A stretch of 64,000 nt of DNA from NCBI RefSeq assembly GCF_036321535.1, contig NC_087436.1, positions 72,790,001-72,854,000 of the forward strand, written 5' to 3'. Shown here one piece after another: positions 12,790 through 27,189 of this stretch; position 1 is the stretch's first letter, and each line of letters starts with the position of its first letter. The notes beneath the pieces are model-generated. The model saw only the letters and a program-made list of their open reading frames with translations, was not told the origin of the DNA and did not search any database. Made by a program: the position numbers and the translations under genes. This stretch comes from Camelus dromedarius (lineage: Eukaryota).

Positions 12790-12980
12790 AGTATTTGTCA
12801 AACATTTTAGCATGATCAGAATTCAGTGGGGACGATTGCTAAAAATGCAGATCTCCTCCCCTCCCCTCTTTTTCTCACCCCCAAAAGGCTCATTCTGAAG
12901 GGTCAAGGTGAGAAATTTTAATTTTCAACAAATGCTGATGATTTCTTATATGGATGGTCCCCCAAAAATATCACTCTAGA
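12790..12980. mobile_element. MER5-like hAT-Charlie MITE
   Basis: aacattttagcatgatcagaat...tgctaaaaatgcagat...ttttcaacaa. Confidence 0.6.
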
Positions 12981-14498
12981 GGCACAGAATGGGCAATCCA
13001 GAGAAAGTGGCTGGCTGGCTGAGGAGTTTCATTTCCCATTGCAAATACATGCATTGGCACGCTGGTTTATAGGATAATCTCTTCTGTGTTTGGTTAGTGT
13101 GAGTACTGTCAAGCAATTGATCAAGTTTAGGAGTCCAACAAAATTAAATTTCTAGCTCCAGAACTAGACCTTAAGCCTGTTTTGTGAGTGGCCAGGCTGG
13201 CTTATTCCAGTGATTCCTCGCTTTGCTCTGTACTTCTTTCAACCTTCTGTAGCTGGTAGGTACTCCATCTGTGTTACTTCCCTTTCCTTTTCTCACGTAG
13301 AGTCTTGGTGACAAAATCCATTTATCACTTTCTCTCCTTGTCTATTTTGGTTTAAATTTAGTGATGCATTTTTCCTTCTGTCAGCTGCTTCTTTTCATCT
13401 GTAAATAACTAGTTTCGGAGAAAGCAATAAACCATCTTTCTTCTCTACTCTCTACTCTTTGAACTTTCCTCTTCTAGATTAGAAATTGTAAAGATTGAGA
13501 AATGATTACATCATTCTTTTTACTGATCTACTTACCAAAACCCCGTGACTCCCATCTTGAAAAAAATGACATGATTATCTGAATGACACAGTATAACTCT
13601 TACTTAATACCATTTATGCTAACTCATTCTCACTCTCCTTTCCAAATGAAAATTTATTTCACTGTATTTATAATTGGATTTTGATCCTTTAATGGGTCAC
13701 GAGAAGAATTTACTCAATCTAGATCAACATTTATTTTCAAATGAAATAAAATAGATTAGGATAGAAAATATATTGTGCTGCAAGTAACTAGGGTAAACTT
13801 TTGTTTGGTTATGTATGTATGAATGTGTACGAGGTAGGGATAGGAAATATATTATTTTGAATCATTGCTAGAAACTTCTGATTGGATAAAGTTAGATAAA
13901 TTTTTTGAGCTGCAACAGTATTTCTTTCTTTCCCTCTAACAGAATTCTTGTTAGGTTACAAGGCATATTTCTATTGGTGGCCAAAAGCTTTGTCTTGCTA
14001 ATTCATGGTAACTTGAGACTCTCCATTTAAAGCCCATGTCCTCCTTAAGTAGCTCTCAAGTCAAACTCTAGGACTGCTTACTCCCCTGAGGTTTCCCTCT
14101 TTTCTCCATTTCTAAGGTGATACAGGCCTCAGGGGCTTGGCTGCTGTCCTGGCATTCTGAAAAAGATGCTTGGTCGGCCTTGCTTTCTCAGTCTTTGCTG
14201 ATAACTTCCGGGTGTCTGTTGATATTGACTAGTCCTTGTTCTTGCAGGCTGACACCTTCCTTAAAAAGTTATGACACCCACCATGACCAATTCCATAGTC
14301 TGCTCACTCTGTCCTATTCAGTATGACTCTAAGCTCACCATTCACTCTTAGATGCTCTAATACCCTCTGTGCAGATGAGGGAAGGGCATACTGCCTTTCT
14401 CTTCCAACAAAGCTTGAGTTTTGTAAACCAGAAGGCTTTCAGATGTCTGCATTTGCTATTTGCTTACAGAATTTATTCAGGAATGTGTTCCTTTAGGC

Positions 14499-14692
14499 CA
14501 GCATGGACCAATTTCTGTGACAAAGAAAAATGTGCTTTGTATAACTGCACTGTCCTATACAGCAGCCACTGGTCACATGTGGCTGTTCAGCTCTTGAAAT
14601 GTGGCTAGTGTGACTAAGAAATTGAATTTTAAATTGTATTTAATTTTAGTTTAGCCAGATGGGTCTAGTGGCTCTTATACAAGACAGCACAG
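14499..14692. mobile_element. MER3-like hAT-Charlie MITE
   Basis: gcagccactggtcacatgtggctgttcagctcttgaaatgtggctagtgtgactaagaaattgaatttt. Confidence 0.85.
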
Positions 14693-14849
14693 TTCTGGGC
14701 TGTATCTGTGTCCTCCCTGATGGTGGCTTATGGAAAACCTACTCCCAATGCCACAGTCATGGGGCAGGTGTGCTGTACACAAGGAAAGGGGAAGGGAAGC
14801 AGCTTCTTAATATCTCTTCAGATTATCCTGGCACACTAATTTAAATGTT

Positions 14850-15925
14850 TTCTATCAGTTTTATTGAGGCATAATTTATGTATAATAAAAACGTACCCAT
14901 TTTAAGTGTACAGTTCAGAGAAGTTTTGACGAATGTATCCTGTCTTGAAACCACCACCACAGTGAAGAAACAGGAGATTTCATTACCCTAAATTCTCCTC
15001 TCCCTACTGCTGATCCCTGCCAAACGTTGATTTGCTTTCTGACACTGTTTTGCCTTTTCCATAATTTCATACAAATACAATCAGACATGTGCAGTTTTCT
15101 GTGCCAGCTTTCTTTCAACCAGCATGAGTTGAGATTTGTTCATGTTGCTGCTTGTATAGGTGTCTGTTTCCTTTTTTTTTTGACTAAGTTATATTCCATC
15201 ATATGGCTATAATAATACAATTTATTGATCCATTTGTCAGTTGATTTGGATTTTTTAGTTTTTTTTTTCTTTTTGGTTTGGGGCTATTATTTAAAAAGCT
15301 GAGTTATGAATAAAACACACACACTTTTGTGGACATATGTTTTCATTTTCCTTGGAAAATTTCTAAGATTGGGAAGGCTGGGTCATATGGTAAGTGTATA
15401 TTTATATAAGAAATTGCCAAGCTGTCTTCTAAAGCAGTTGTAGTATTTTGCATTCCCATATCGATACATGAAAACTATAATTGCTACACATCCTTACCAT
15501 CTCTTGGCATTGTCACTCTTTTGGATTTTAGCCATTCTTGTGGGTGTGTAGTGGTATCCTGTTATGGTTTTAATTTGCATTTCCCTGATGACTAAAGATG
15601 TTGAACATCTTTTAATGTATTTTTATGCCATTCATATATCTTTTTTAGGGAAGTGTCTGTTCAAATTATTTCATCAGGTTATCCTTCTCTCACTTAGTCG
15701 CAAGAATAATTTATTGATATACCTTTGCAAACATTTTCTCCCAATCCGTGATTTGCCTGGTCAATTTCTTAACATCTTTCAAAAACATGACTTTTTTTGG
15801 TCTATCTAAAAAGTGTTTGCCTACTAAAGTTTACAAATATTTTATGATTTCTTCTAGGTTTATTTATAGTTTTAGTTCTTAGCTTAATGTTCAATTTTGA
15901 GTTAATAAGTTTTTTTTTTTTTTAC
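14850..15925 (-). mobile_element. Old L1M 3' end
   Basis: ttttattgaggcataattta...catttttaagtgtacagttca; ORF 15564 MVLICISLMTKDVEHL is the typical antisense L1 translation. Confidence 0.9.
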
Positions 15926-18054
15926 AGTAAAGTAAGCTACTTTAATATTCATTTCAAATCTCAGGCTAGTATAGAACTTGTCTCATGGAGTTATTGTAAG
16001 CCTGGCACATAATAACAGTTGGATAATTATTAGTTATGGACATTTCTGTTCATCCCTCCAACACATTTTCTCACGGCACCAAAGGAAATACTGAATATTA
16101 TCCACTAAAGTAAGGTGGTGAGAGTTGGGAAGACGTAAGCAGGGAAAAGTTTTAAAGGCTACAAAGAAAACCTAAATAAAAATTAAAACCAAAACTCATT
16201 CACTGGGAGGGGATATTTTAACATTTTTGAATGAAACCAACTGCCCAACTGCTTTCGATTTCTTCTCTTTTGTGACACAGACCTGTCTGTTCTTAGGACT
16301 GAAGTTTCATGGGAATCTGAAGGTGGTCTGTTGCCTGTTTGATTGCTGGGACAATATTCTGTCTGTATATCTAAAGATCGGCACAAAACAACGAGAGGAG
16401 AGTCATGGATGAAGATAAGAATATCTTTTCTACTGCCTTTCCTTAGAGATGAAACTATGTAATTTCTTACATCTTTAAAAGTCATTAGATTTCAGGTATG
16501 AAGGTTAGCTGCTTTGTAATAACTCAGTGGGAGAGTAGAGCACCAAGTTCAGCCAAGTGTCCAGAAAGGTGCTCCTAGTCCTTTTCCTAGGATTGCCTGT
16601 TGGTTTAGTTCGTATTTGTGCAAAAACAAGCCAAAAGAGGAGCTGGTTCCCACTGGAAGTTAACATTAACTATTTATGTAATTTTTTTCATTCGACCTTG
16701 CTTAGGTAAGAATGGGGTTTTCCAGAATCAAGTCAAAGGTGATTTGACACATGGATCCTCCGACAGGGACCCAGTGGAATGCTGCACGGGGGAAAATTGG
16801 CCCCAGATCACCCTGACTAGCCTGTGATTACCCTGCAATACTTGAAATGGGGCAAAAATCCTGGAGTATGGCCCTTGTTCTCTGCACTCACCTGCCCATT
16901 GCGTGCAAGAGGAAGCTAGGCTCCTCTGTCTGGTAAATGATTTTCTTGAGTGTTGAAACTGGGGAAGGCTTATCTAGTGGGTTATCTGTTCACCTGGTCT
17001 AGTAGGCCTGTTGGCCAGCTGACAAGTATCTTCAGGGATATATGTTGACACTTTCTGTTCTCAAACTGCTATGCATTTGCAAATGAAAATCATGAGTATC
17101 ACATGGATCTGAGCTCATTAGAATGGGTTTTCCTCTTTTGATCTGCCCTGAGACCTGATGCAGGGGAATTTCTTTATTAGGGCCAAATGAACTCTCAGAC
17201 TCTGATAAGTATGACAGAATGTAAGAGCAATGGTGAACCAATGCACGGATTCAGTTTTTCAATGAATATGCTCTTTTACCAGGTACTTTTCAAGACAACA
17301 GTAAACAAGCCAACATCCCTGTCCTCCTTGAGTGGAATTCTGACAATTCATATACACTAAGTATAATGAACTTCTTGTGCCTTTCTTCATGCTATGAGAC
17401 AAATGACTACCTTAATTCCTTTCCACAAACTCGACTTCTCTTATCTTCCACTCCTTGGCAGAGAAGGTAGAATTTTACACTGAGGCAGATTTATAGACAT
17501 GGCTCCTCAGCCCAGGAATTCTTTGTGGGCAGGGGAATTTAGGAAGGAATTGATCCTGAGATGAGTAAAGAGATCAGGTCCTAAGGCAGGCTGTTCTCCA
17601 AAGGAGGATGAACTTACTGCCTCATGCTCATAGGGAAGGCACTATTCAGGTACCTCCCTTGAATAGTCCTCCAAGTTTAAAGTTGAATTTGGCTTACCCC
17701 TTTTGACTCAGACAGATCATTTTGTGTCATCATTTCCATTCTGGCCTCCATAGCTGGAGGTATTTGGGCTGGGGCCAAAATGGATCTTTGGACCTCAAAT
17801 TTGACACTCTTTTGTCCATGCCTGGACCATCCATATTAACTTGAGGCAGCTGGATCCTTCACCTAAGTCCAGGAATCCAGTATAGAGCACTCAGAGGTCC
17901 TGAGGCATTGTCTAAATGAATCTGTGTTCCTGAAATGCAGGTGCATGAAATAAAGCATAAGGGTTAGCCATGAAAAAGCAATTTCTGCTGGAAAAGTGAA
18001 GAGGCGCAAATGAATTAAAGATATATAAACAAATATATTAAACAGAATTAAATG

Positions 18055-18152
18055 TCATTATGTAATATAAATTTATATGTATAAGCTATATATAAGTATA
18101 TATAATATATAAAAATTATACATAAATATATATAAATTATATATATAATATA

Positions 18153-18184
<32 letters not shown>

Positions 18185-18196
18185 GTGTGTGTGTGT
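18055..18196. repeat. (TA)n/(TG)n compound microsatellite
   Basis: Seen directly. Confidence 0.95.
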
Positions 18197-18562
18197 TAAG
18201 GAGATCTAGAAGAGGAAAATATTTAATTACTCCCTCCCAGGCTTCATGCCCTAAACCTGATACTGCTTCCTTATCACATTGACAGGTATTAAATTCTTTG
18301 GGATGAAGGAGAGGAAAGGGAGTATCGCCGCCGCTGTGCGTTGGTCCACTCTGTGTAGAACATCAGGTTTCCTTGGAGGGGAGGTAGTGATACTGAAATG
18401 CCTGAGGGTACTTGTGTCACAGTGATGTAGACTTTGCACGCCTCCATTCAGGACACTGAGATGTGCAATAAGCAAAACTTCCAGAACTGAAATTCAGTTT
18501 CAAATAGCATTCAACTTTTTTTATTAGAGTTACCTTTGAAATATTCAACCTTTCCAACTTTG

Positions 18563-18786
18563 TTTATTTTTTAAAAAATATTTTATTGATATGTAATTGA
18601 TTTACAATGCTAGCTTCAGGTGTACAGCAAATTGATTCAGTCATACATATACACATACGTATATATTTTCTTTTCAGATTTTTTTCCATTGTACGTTATT
18701 ACAATAAACTGAAAATAGTTCCCTGTGCTATACAGTAGGTCCTTGTTGTTCATCTATTTCATATATAGTAATATGTTTCTGTTAAA
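18563..18786 (-). mobile_element. Short young L1 3'-UTR tail
   Basis: 11-bp TSD ttccaactttg at 18552-18562 and 18787-18797; ccctgtgctatacagtaggtccttgttg. Confidence 0.9.
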
Positions 18787-19048
18787 TTCCAACTTTGCTT
18801 CATTGGGATAAAGCAGGGAGTGAAAAGTCAAGTCATGGCCTCAAAGACACTTGTCATTTCCCTAAAAGCCAGGCATAAGAAGTAGTCTACATACAAGATC
18901 TGAGAATTTATTATCTATTCTGGTTTATTAGTCCCAAATAAGAGTACATCTGGTCTTTGAAATCTGCATAATGCTGTTTGTTTTTTTTTTTTTTTTAACA
19001 ATGTTTGAGACCCAGAATAAAGGCTGTAGATCTGTTTCCATGCCAGTC

Positions 19049-19122
19049 TTTTTAAAATTGATTTAGGTATAGTTGATTTACAATATAAGTTCCAGGTGTA
19101 CAATGTAGTGATTCACAATTTG
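19049..19122 (-). mobile_element. Minimal L1 3' tip
   Basis: ggtatagttgatttacaatataagttccaggtgtaca. Confidence 0.75.
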
Positions 19123-19427
19123 ATAAAATCAGAAGTGTTGAATGGGAGTTGCTTTTGACCCATAAGAACCCTTTCCACTGAGATCTCTTAGCCAGTGAAG
19201 TCTCATGAATTTTCTGGACTTTATTGATTGTTCTCAACTTTATCAAGGAGTGTTGGTTAACGTGCTCTATTCCTTTTTGTTAGCTGGCAACAAGCTTGTT
19301 AGGAAACACATCCTCACTTTCATCTACGGCCAAAACTGGCATTATGCTTTGGTGTGGCCTGTGGACTAATTGCTGTACATACAAGGTGGTGCTTTTGTTC
19401 GGCAGTAGTGTGATGAAGGGAACTCTC

Positions 19428-20000
19428 CACTCATTCCCCAAGTACTTGATGAGCTCCTACCAAATGTGTGGCTGGGACACACAGAAGCAAACAGAAGGAC
19501 AGGCCCACTGAATAGAACTTTCAGTCGACTGACGGGAGAGACGAAATCATTTACAAACAACAAACCAAACTGTCTGATTACATGAGGGCTATACAGAGAA
19601 TGAAACGACTAGATGACTGAGCGGCCGGTCTAGGTCGCTTTTGACTAGGTACTCAGGGAAGGCCTTCCAGGGGAGATGATATTAGAGCAATACTTACATG
19701 ACAAGAGAACTCAGATATGCAAAGATCCCATGCAGAGGGAACAGCAAGTACACTTTAAGTGGGAATCAACATTGTATAGACAGTTTTTAAAAAATGAATA
19801 AATAGAAGTATAAAAACCACAACCAAATGTCACTGTTCCTGGAGCAGAGTGATCGAGGGGAGATGAGAGGTAAGAGTAGGCAAGGGCCACATTATGGAGG
19901 CATTTTGGACCTCGGGGCATCATAAAGAGTTTGGATTATAGTCTAAGTGCAGTGGGAAGTCATCAGAGTAATTTAAACAGGGAGGGACATGATGGGATTT
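19428..20000 (-). mobile_element. L2 fragment
   Basis: cactcattccccaagtacttgatgagctcctac...cagggaaggcctt...gagtttggattatagtctaagtgcagtgggaag. Confidence 0.8.
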
Positions 20001-23000
20001 AGTACCTATGGAAAAAACCTATCATTTTGAAGGGCAAGAAGCAGCTTCCTGGCACAAAATCCTATCCCCCATAACAAAGCAAATAAACTAGCTCTTCTAT
20101 CATGGTCGTTTCCTTTAGAGCATCTCCAGCATTAAGCATCCTCCAGCACACTCACATGCATAAACATAAACATCCAGTGCGCCCATGAATGGCCAAAAAT
20201 AAGTAGGGAGTAAGTTCCAAAGCCTGGTATTTCCTTCCCATGAGAAAGGTTCAAAATATATAACTCTGAATCTCTCTTAGCACCTTTACTCATTCCATAT
20301 TTGGGGTGGTGAGTGACTTGCCTGATCGGTAAATGGGACAAGTAAATGGGTGTGCTCGATTCAGCTCCCAGATAGCCTTCATGAGAGTGAATCTGCACAC
20401 ACAGAGCAGATTCTGCTCTGTGCCTCCCCAGCAAAAGCACTACTTAGGCTCCATCTGGGTGTCCCACCTCCACCATCATTTCTGTGACCGGGTCAGTGAG
20501 TCTACCTACGTCTGAGCTCAGCATTAGCAAGTGCAGTTAGTTAATCTAAAGCCTGGTTCTCCAGTCTAGTCTCTGTTAGGCATAAAAGTGATATTTTGGA
20601 CTTTAGTGGATATTTGGTCTGTTATCTCTCAGCTTGATTAGAAACAAGTTGGGGAAAATAAAGTACCATTTTTGGGCCGAGGGGTGCTTAGAGATCCCAG
20701 CTTCAGATGCCCACTGAGAAGACAGCACTGGCTTAGCCTCTACTAAAGGCACAAAGGGAAAAGGAAATACACCATCCATACTGAGGAAATTTATAATCCT
20801 TTGTGCTAGAATATTGTCTTGCTGACAAGGAAAACAGTTTCTCAGGCCAAACAGAAAATCTAAACTCCAGATTAAAAAAAAAAAAAAAGATTCGTTTAGA
20901 GTCCCCAAGGACTCTGCCACATGGTCTTTAATAATTACACTGTCTCCAGCACAAGACAAGCACACAACACAGAAGCAGAAGGAAGGACTCGTGGAAAGAA
21001 TGGCCACCTTTTTCACTCAAGATTCTCCTTAACTGTTCATTGTCTTTTGTCGTCTCCCAAGTATTGATCTGCAAGCTTTGGCTCCAAACACTGCTTTCGT
21101 CTCAGTGACTTTTGACTCTGTTCTCCACTTTCTGTCCCACACCAGACAGTGGGAGAGGGATGCTGTTCTCAGCGCCTTTTCTCAAATGTCTCATATCGTC
21201 CATTTGGACATAACATTACTGAAGCTCTATTGCTTAACACACAAAGGAAGATGGTCATGTGGCGTTTCACAGTTTGCTCCAACTCTCAGCCCATACAGTG
21301 GAAGCTATCCAGTGTAACTTCCTACCTAACTCTCGTGTGGGAAAGGTGAGAGGTGGACAGCAGCACTTAAACTCCTGTCTGAGAGAAGCACTCTGGATGT
21401 AATGGAGACTCATGAGGTAGAGACGGTCTATTTTGTCAGCCTTACAATGAAACCAAATCCAGATCTGTTCATCTTCACTCTAGGAAATGAAGCTCTGAAT
21501 CACTTACTGGGTATGATGATTGAATGAACTGAAGCTCCAACTATGCTTGATTTGCCTCCACATACTTTTAACATTTTTTTTTCACTTTTTTCAAGTGAGA
21601 TAAAGAACCACCTTATTGAATTTTACAATTAGAATAAGGCACATATGTGTATTAAGGTATCATATAAGAGCTCTGTGTAACAGTTTTTATATATTTGCTT
21701 ATTTTGATTTTTATTTCTTAGGTCCTTCAAGTTTCATAAATGGACTGTTTCTCAGTCCAAATGCATGAGGCAATTACAATACTTATTAGTACACATCTGA
21801 GTGTACTTGATCACAATTTTTGGACCTACTCTAGAACCCCTGCCCAAGGTATCTGGTCATTCTATTGGGCTTGTTCCAGGAAAAATGAAATAAAAGTGAT
21901 CCTAAGTATAAGTGGCTGACCATTTTTTTTTTCTATTATAAAACTTACCCAAAAAGTCTTAGAAAGGATGGTCATAGCCTTCTTACCTGATACGTACCCA
22001 TACCCAACAGGTTAAGACAGGAGTACTGTAGGTGTATGAATTAAAAGTTGTGGTGAATTTCCTGTGGTGTCACAGGCAGTAAGTGAGCTTGCAGAAACCA
22101 CTGTGTAAGCCATTGCCCCCACAACTGACGTTACAACCTTTAATCCTCTAATTGGCCTCCTCTAAGTTCTGGGGAATGAATCAGCCATTTGGCATCCTGC
22201 CTTACTTCTGACTGACTAGAAGTACTTCCATAGCAGCTGCCACACTTTTTTTTTTTTTTGGAAAAGAATGGGTGGAGTTGCTCCTGTGAGTCATGAGGAG
22301 AGCATGGGAAAGACAAGGGTAAGGTGAAAGGTGGGTCAGAAATCCCAAATGCATCTCTCATGGAAGAGTCAAGGGGTAAAAAAGACCCAGAGTCAAATTT
22401 CTTCTAGAAACTTTTGAAGGAATTATTGATTAAACAAATTTTTAATGACTACTCTATTTCTGAAAGTCATCCTTTCTTAGCCTAAAAAATAGGAGAACTA
22501 GCTGGTAGTGCACTTGCTTTCCAGTGGCAGGTTTTAAATCTGGGTTTATGATACAACTGTTTCCAGACACTGGACAACGGATAGCACAGGGCTGAGATCC
22601 TTGAGAAAGGGAAACACTTAAGGTGAGCTTCACTTTCTCCCCTTTTGGCTGGACACAATTTCCAAACTGCAGCATGGAAGGTGGAGCCTGAGCAAAAAGT
22701 ATTGTTCTTCCTGGTGGGTGGAAGAAACAGAGACTGGAGTTTGGGCCCTGGAATAAGGCAGCTAGAATTTGAAGAGGTAAGATTTGAAGAGAAGGAGCCC
22801 CAGGAATCTGTGTAGGAAATAAGCATCCACAAACACTCACACATAGTTGAGAGAGAGAGAACAATTAGCACTCATTTTCAATCCCCTATCGCAAATACAA
22901 TTTTCCCATAAATTCCTTCATATCATACAACTAAACTTAACATTCTGAATGATTGGTCATAGATTAATTGAATGAAATCAAGCTTTTTAGCTCCATGCTT

Positions 23001-23574
23001 GGCCATCAAACAATGCATGGTCTTAGAAAAATCTATTTAAACACCAAGAATACAGTTTGATTATCGATAAGAAAAAGGTTTTTTTAAAGTTCAACCAGAA
23101 CCCAATTTTCAGCAAAGCCCATGAAAATTGATTCTTTTAAGTTAATTTACAATTAATAATTTAATATTCCCAAAATAATATAACAGTATATGGGTCCAAG
23201 ACTTTAATCCAGTAGATCTAATGAGAGGGCAGCAATCATTGACTGGGAGCATTAAGGCTCTGAGAACATTAGCTTAACACTGGCCAAAGCAGCAGGATTA
23301 GAATTTAACCAGTAAGTCTCCTCCATCTTTTGGAAGATAATTATGAGCCTATTAGAGACCCAAACTGAATTAAAACTTTGTTTATAAGTCAGTAATCTTG
23401 TTAAAATTTTTAGCTCCCTAGAAAAAGCTTTAGAAAGGACTTTCTTACCCTTATTTTTAAAGTAGACATGTCTAAGTTTCTACTGATTCAAGGTCTGACT
23501 AGACACTGAAAATAAGAGAAAGAAAGAAATGAGGTTTTCCCAAAAGATCTCTTCCAATGTGTCTATGGATACGG

Positions 23575-23910
23575 GGAGTGGTTGCACAGCCTTGCTCAGT
23601 GGGCAGGAGCACCAGCTGTCATGGCAGCCTGGGTTGGAATCCTGGTTCTGCCTCCTCCTCCTTTCTTCATCCCCTTAGATAACTTTTGACCTCTCCATAC
23701 TCCTCTTTCCCCATCCTTAAAATGAAGATGGAGACATTACTCATCTGGTAGCATTTTAGAGATTAGGTATAATTTGCTTAGAACAGTGCCAAGTACATAA
23801 AAATTCCTCAAAAATGTACACTAGAAAAAACATGGAAGTCTGGGTAAGATAGTGGCCTTTTGCAGGTTATACAGCAACAGAGCTGAGATTTGAACTCAGG
23901 TCTCTGAACC
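23575..23910. mobile_element. MIR (+) followed by a MIR (-) fragment
   Basis: gcctgggttggaatcctggttctgcc...gcttagaacagtgcc; cagagctgagatttgaactcaggtct. Confidence 0.75.
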
Positions 23911-24515
23911 CCTCACCTACAAGCTACAGACTTGGGGTTTTTATTGCCATTTCTCCAGAATGGTGTGAACAATTGTCATGCTAAGTAATTGGTGAAAATT
24001 AATTCAGCACTTCTGCCAAATAGAAAAATAAGGTTTTTTGTTTGTTTGTTTTTGGCAAGGGTTGGTGGCTTTAGTGATCTCTTCTGAGCTATTTAAATGT
24101 GTTAAAATAAGAAATGCTGCACATGAGTTGAGGTCTGGAGTACGGACTTTAATACTGTGACTAATGGGTTGTTCTTTCAGGGACCCATTTTACCTCCAGG
24201 CCTCTAAGTTTTGAAGAGCTGCTCTGAAGACCATGGTACAATTTGTAACATAATCATATTTTCTGTCCCAGGAAATTGACAGAGCTAGAAGGCACCAGAA
24301 CAATGTCATTATCTTTAGTTTAATGTCACAATCCTTTGGGTCTCAACAAAACATTTGCTGACTATTGAAGACCCCATTTATCTTCTCACAGTCATCATAA
24401 CCGTTGCAGGTTGCTAGTCTTTTTCCTCAAAGGGATGAATTTTTGGCCCTAAAGTAGGAAGCTGGCTGTGACACAAACTCCTAGCCAAACAAGACTGCAT
24501 TTTCACTTGCTGCAG

Positions 24516-24621
24516 GATAAGACAAGCAAGCAATGGATGTGATGAAACACAAGTCCCGGAAGCAACGGCACAGTGGAAACTGTCAGTTACTGAAGATTCC
24601 TTTTTCACATGACTCACTTAG
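24516..24621 (+). other. Candidate exon or enhancer
   Basis: ctgcAG| and TAG|GTAAGA boundaries; GATA, ETS and AP-1 motifs. Confidence 0.25.
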
Positions 24622-25436
24622 GTAAGATAAAGGCCGTTAGTTTTCACACACTGGTGGTCTAGGGGCACAGCTCATCATAAAACCTTGAAGGACGTTCTCT
24701 GAACCGTTCTATAAATTATCTGCTGACCCAGGAGAATGCCCAGGAGGGCCATGTTGGGGTCTAGTCTGAATGTGATTCATTCTTCCACATGCAATTTTTG
24801 TGTAAAGAGAATACATTAATCTATAACAAACATGTTTGGTTTCCACTCATCTCACCCGATCCTTATTTCCCAGTAAGTCCAGCCCAACCTTGAGTTCTTT
24901 AGATAAATTGGCTCTCCAGTTGTGATGACTGTTGTGATAAAATTTGAGTAGGAGTTTGTACAACTGTCTCTCCACCCCAAAAGAGATTTCTTTGATATAG
25001 AAAACTTAAATAACTGACTACTCTTATTTCTTCAAAGACACTCCATCCCTCTAGAAAAATGGTAAGTTGACCTGGAAACCACTTTTAAAAAGAATTCTGC
25101 CTTTCAGGTACCTAAATTAGGTAACCTAATTTAACAGTAATTTTTCTTATCGAAGGCTCAGTGACCAGATTCCACATACTTACCCTGTCTCTCAAGTTGC
25201 CTGTATGACTGTTTACTAAGGGTTCTGCCAGGAACAATAACAAGGTGTAAAGTTCATCTGTTGCCACTTATGGGATCCAAATAAAAAGAAACAAACCCAT
25301 CTCCTTGGAAATATAAGTACCAGAAGAAATACAAGGAGCCTTAAAAAACTGTAAAGATTGAGAGCTTAATTTACTTAAAAAATGAATCAAAGATGTTTTT
25401 AAATGGGACTGTGTTAATATAAAGACACATATCATA

Positions 25437-26886
25437 GTCCAGAAGTAAGGCCACAAACACGTGATCAACTAATCTGTGACAAAGGAGGCAAAAAAAAGAT
25501 AGTCTCTTCAACAGTAGTATTGCGAAAACTGGACAACATCATACAAATCAATGACATTAGAACACTCCCTCACACCATATATAAAAGTAAACTCAAAATG
25601 GTCTACAGACCTAAATAGAAGACATGACACCATAAAACTCCTAGGAGAGAACATAGGCAAAACTTTCTCTGACATAAATCTTGGCAATATTTTCTTAGAT
25701 CAGTCTCCCAAGGCAAAAGAAACAAGAGCAGAAATAAACAAATGGGACCTAATCAAACCTAAAAGCTTTTGTACAACAAAGAAAACCATCAACAAAATGA
25801 AAAGACAACCTACAGAATGAAAGAAAATGTTTACAAATGATTCAATTGACAAGGGGTTAATATCCAAAATATACAAGTAGCTTATACAACTCAATAACAA
25901 CAACAACAACAACAAAAACCCAATCAAAAAATGGGTAGAAGACCTAAATAAACATTTTTCCAAAAAGACATACAGATGGCCAACAAGCACATGAAGAGAT
26001 GCTCAACATCATTAATTATTAGAGAAATGCATATCAAAGCTGCAAGTATGCACTGGTATGCACCTCATACCAGTCAGAGTGGCTATCATCAAAAAGTCTA
26101 CAAATAATAACTGTTAGAGGTGTGGAGAAAAGGGAACCCTTGTACACTGTTGGTGGGAATGTAAATTGGTACAGCCACTATGGAAAATAATATGGAAGTT
26201 CCTTAAAAAACTAAAGATAGAGTTATTATGTGACCCAGCAATCCCACTCCTGGGTATGTATTCAGAAAAAATGAGAACTCTAATTTAAAAAGATACCTGC
26301 ACCTCAATGTTCTTAATGGCATTATTTAAAATAGCCAAAACTTGGAAACAACCCAAGTGACCATCAACAAATGATTGGCTTAAGAAGATGTGATATGTAT
26401 ATATGTGGAATATATATATATATATAATGGAATTTTACTCAGTCATGAAAAAGAATGAAATATTGCAGCAACGTGGATGGACCTAGAGAATACTATACTT
26501 AGTGAAGTAGGTCAGACAAAGACAAATATATGATATCACCTATATGTGGAATCTAAAAATAATACAAATGAATCTATATACAAAACAGAAACATACTCAC
26601 AGGTATGGAAAACAAACTTATGGTTACCAAAGGGTGAAGAGAGAGAGGGAGGTAGGGACAAATTAGGAGTACGGGATTGATAGATACAAGCTACTATATG
26701 TAAAATAGATAAACAACAAGATTTGCTGTATAGCACAGGGAATTATATTTAATATCTTATAATAACCTATAATGGAATATAATCTGAGAAAGAATAGAAT
26801 TCCTTTGCTGTACACCTGAATAATACAATATGCAAATTGTATACTGTGAACTATACTTTAAATATATATGACATATGTAAATAAAT
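25437..26886 (+). mobile_element. 5'-truncated L1 (about 1.45 kb of ORF2 3' part and 3' UTR)
   Basis: ORF 25551 LTPYIKVNSKW...INKWDLIKPKSFCT is L1 ORF2p; degenerate TSD aaagacacatatcata (25421-25436) / aaagtcacatttaata (26887-26902). Confidence 0.95.
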
Positions 26887-27189
26887 AAAGTCACATTTAA
26901 TAAAACAACACAAAATAGTATTGCTACAATGATGTAGAATGCATGGATAATGACAAGGGTTGGAAATGCATTGAGAACTATAGGAAGGCATAATTAAATT
27001 CCATATTTTATGGAATTTCCTTTAACATAAATGATTGAAAAATAATATATATGATTGAATTTGTATCATTGAAAATTCATATACATTGCAGAAAAATTCC
27101 TCAATGTGTAGAATCTAATTATGGAGGACAACTGATGTAAGAGATCATTTTACTAGTCAATTCTCTTAAATTGCAACACAGTTTATATT

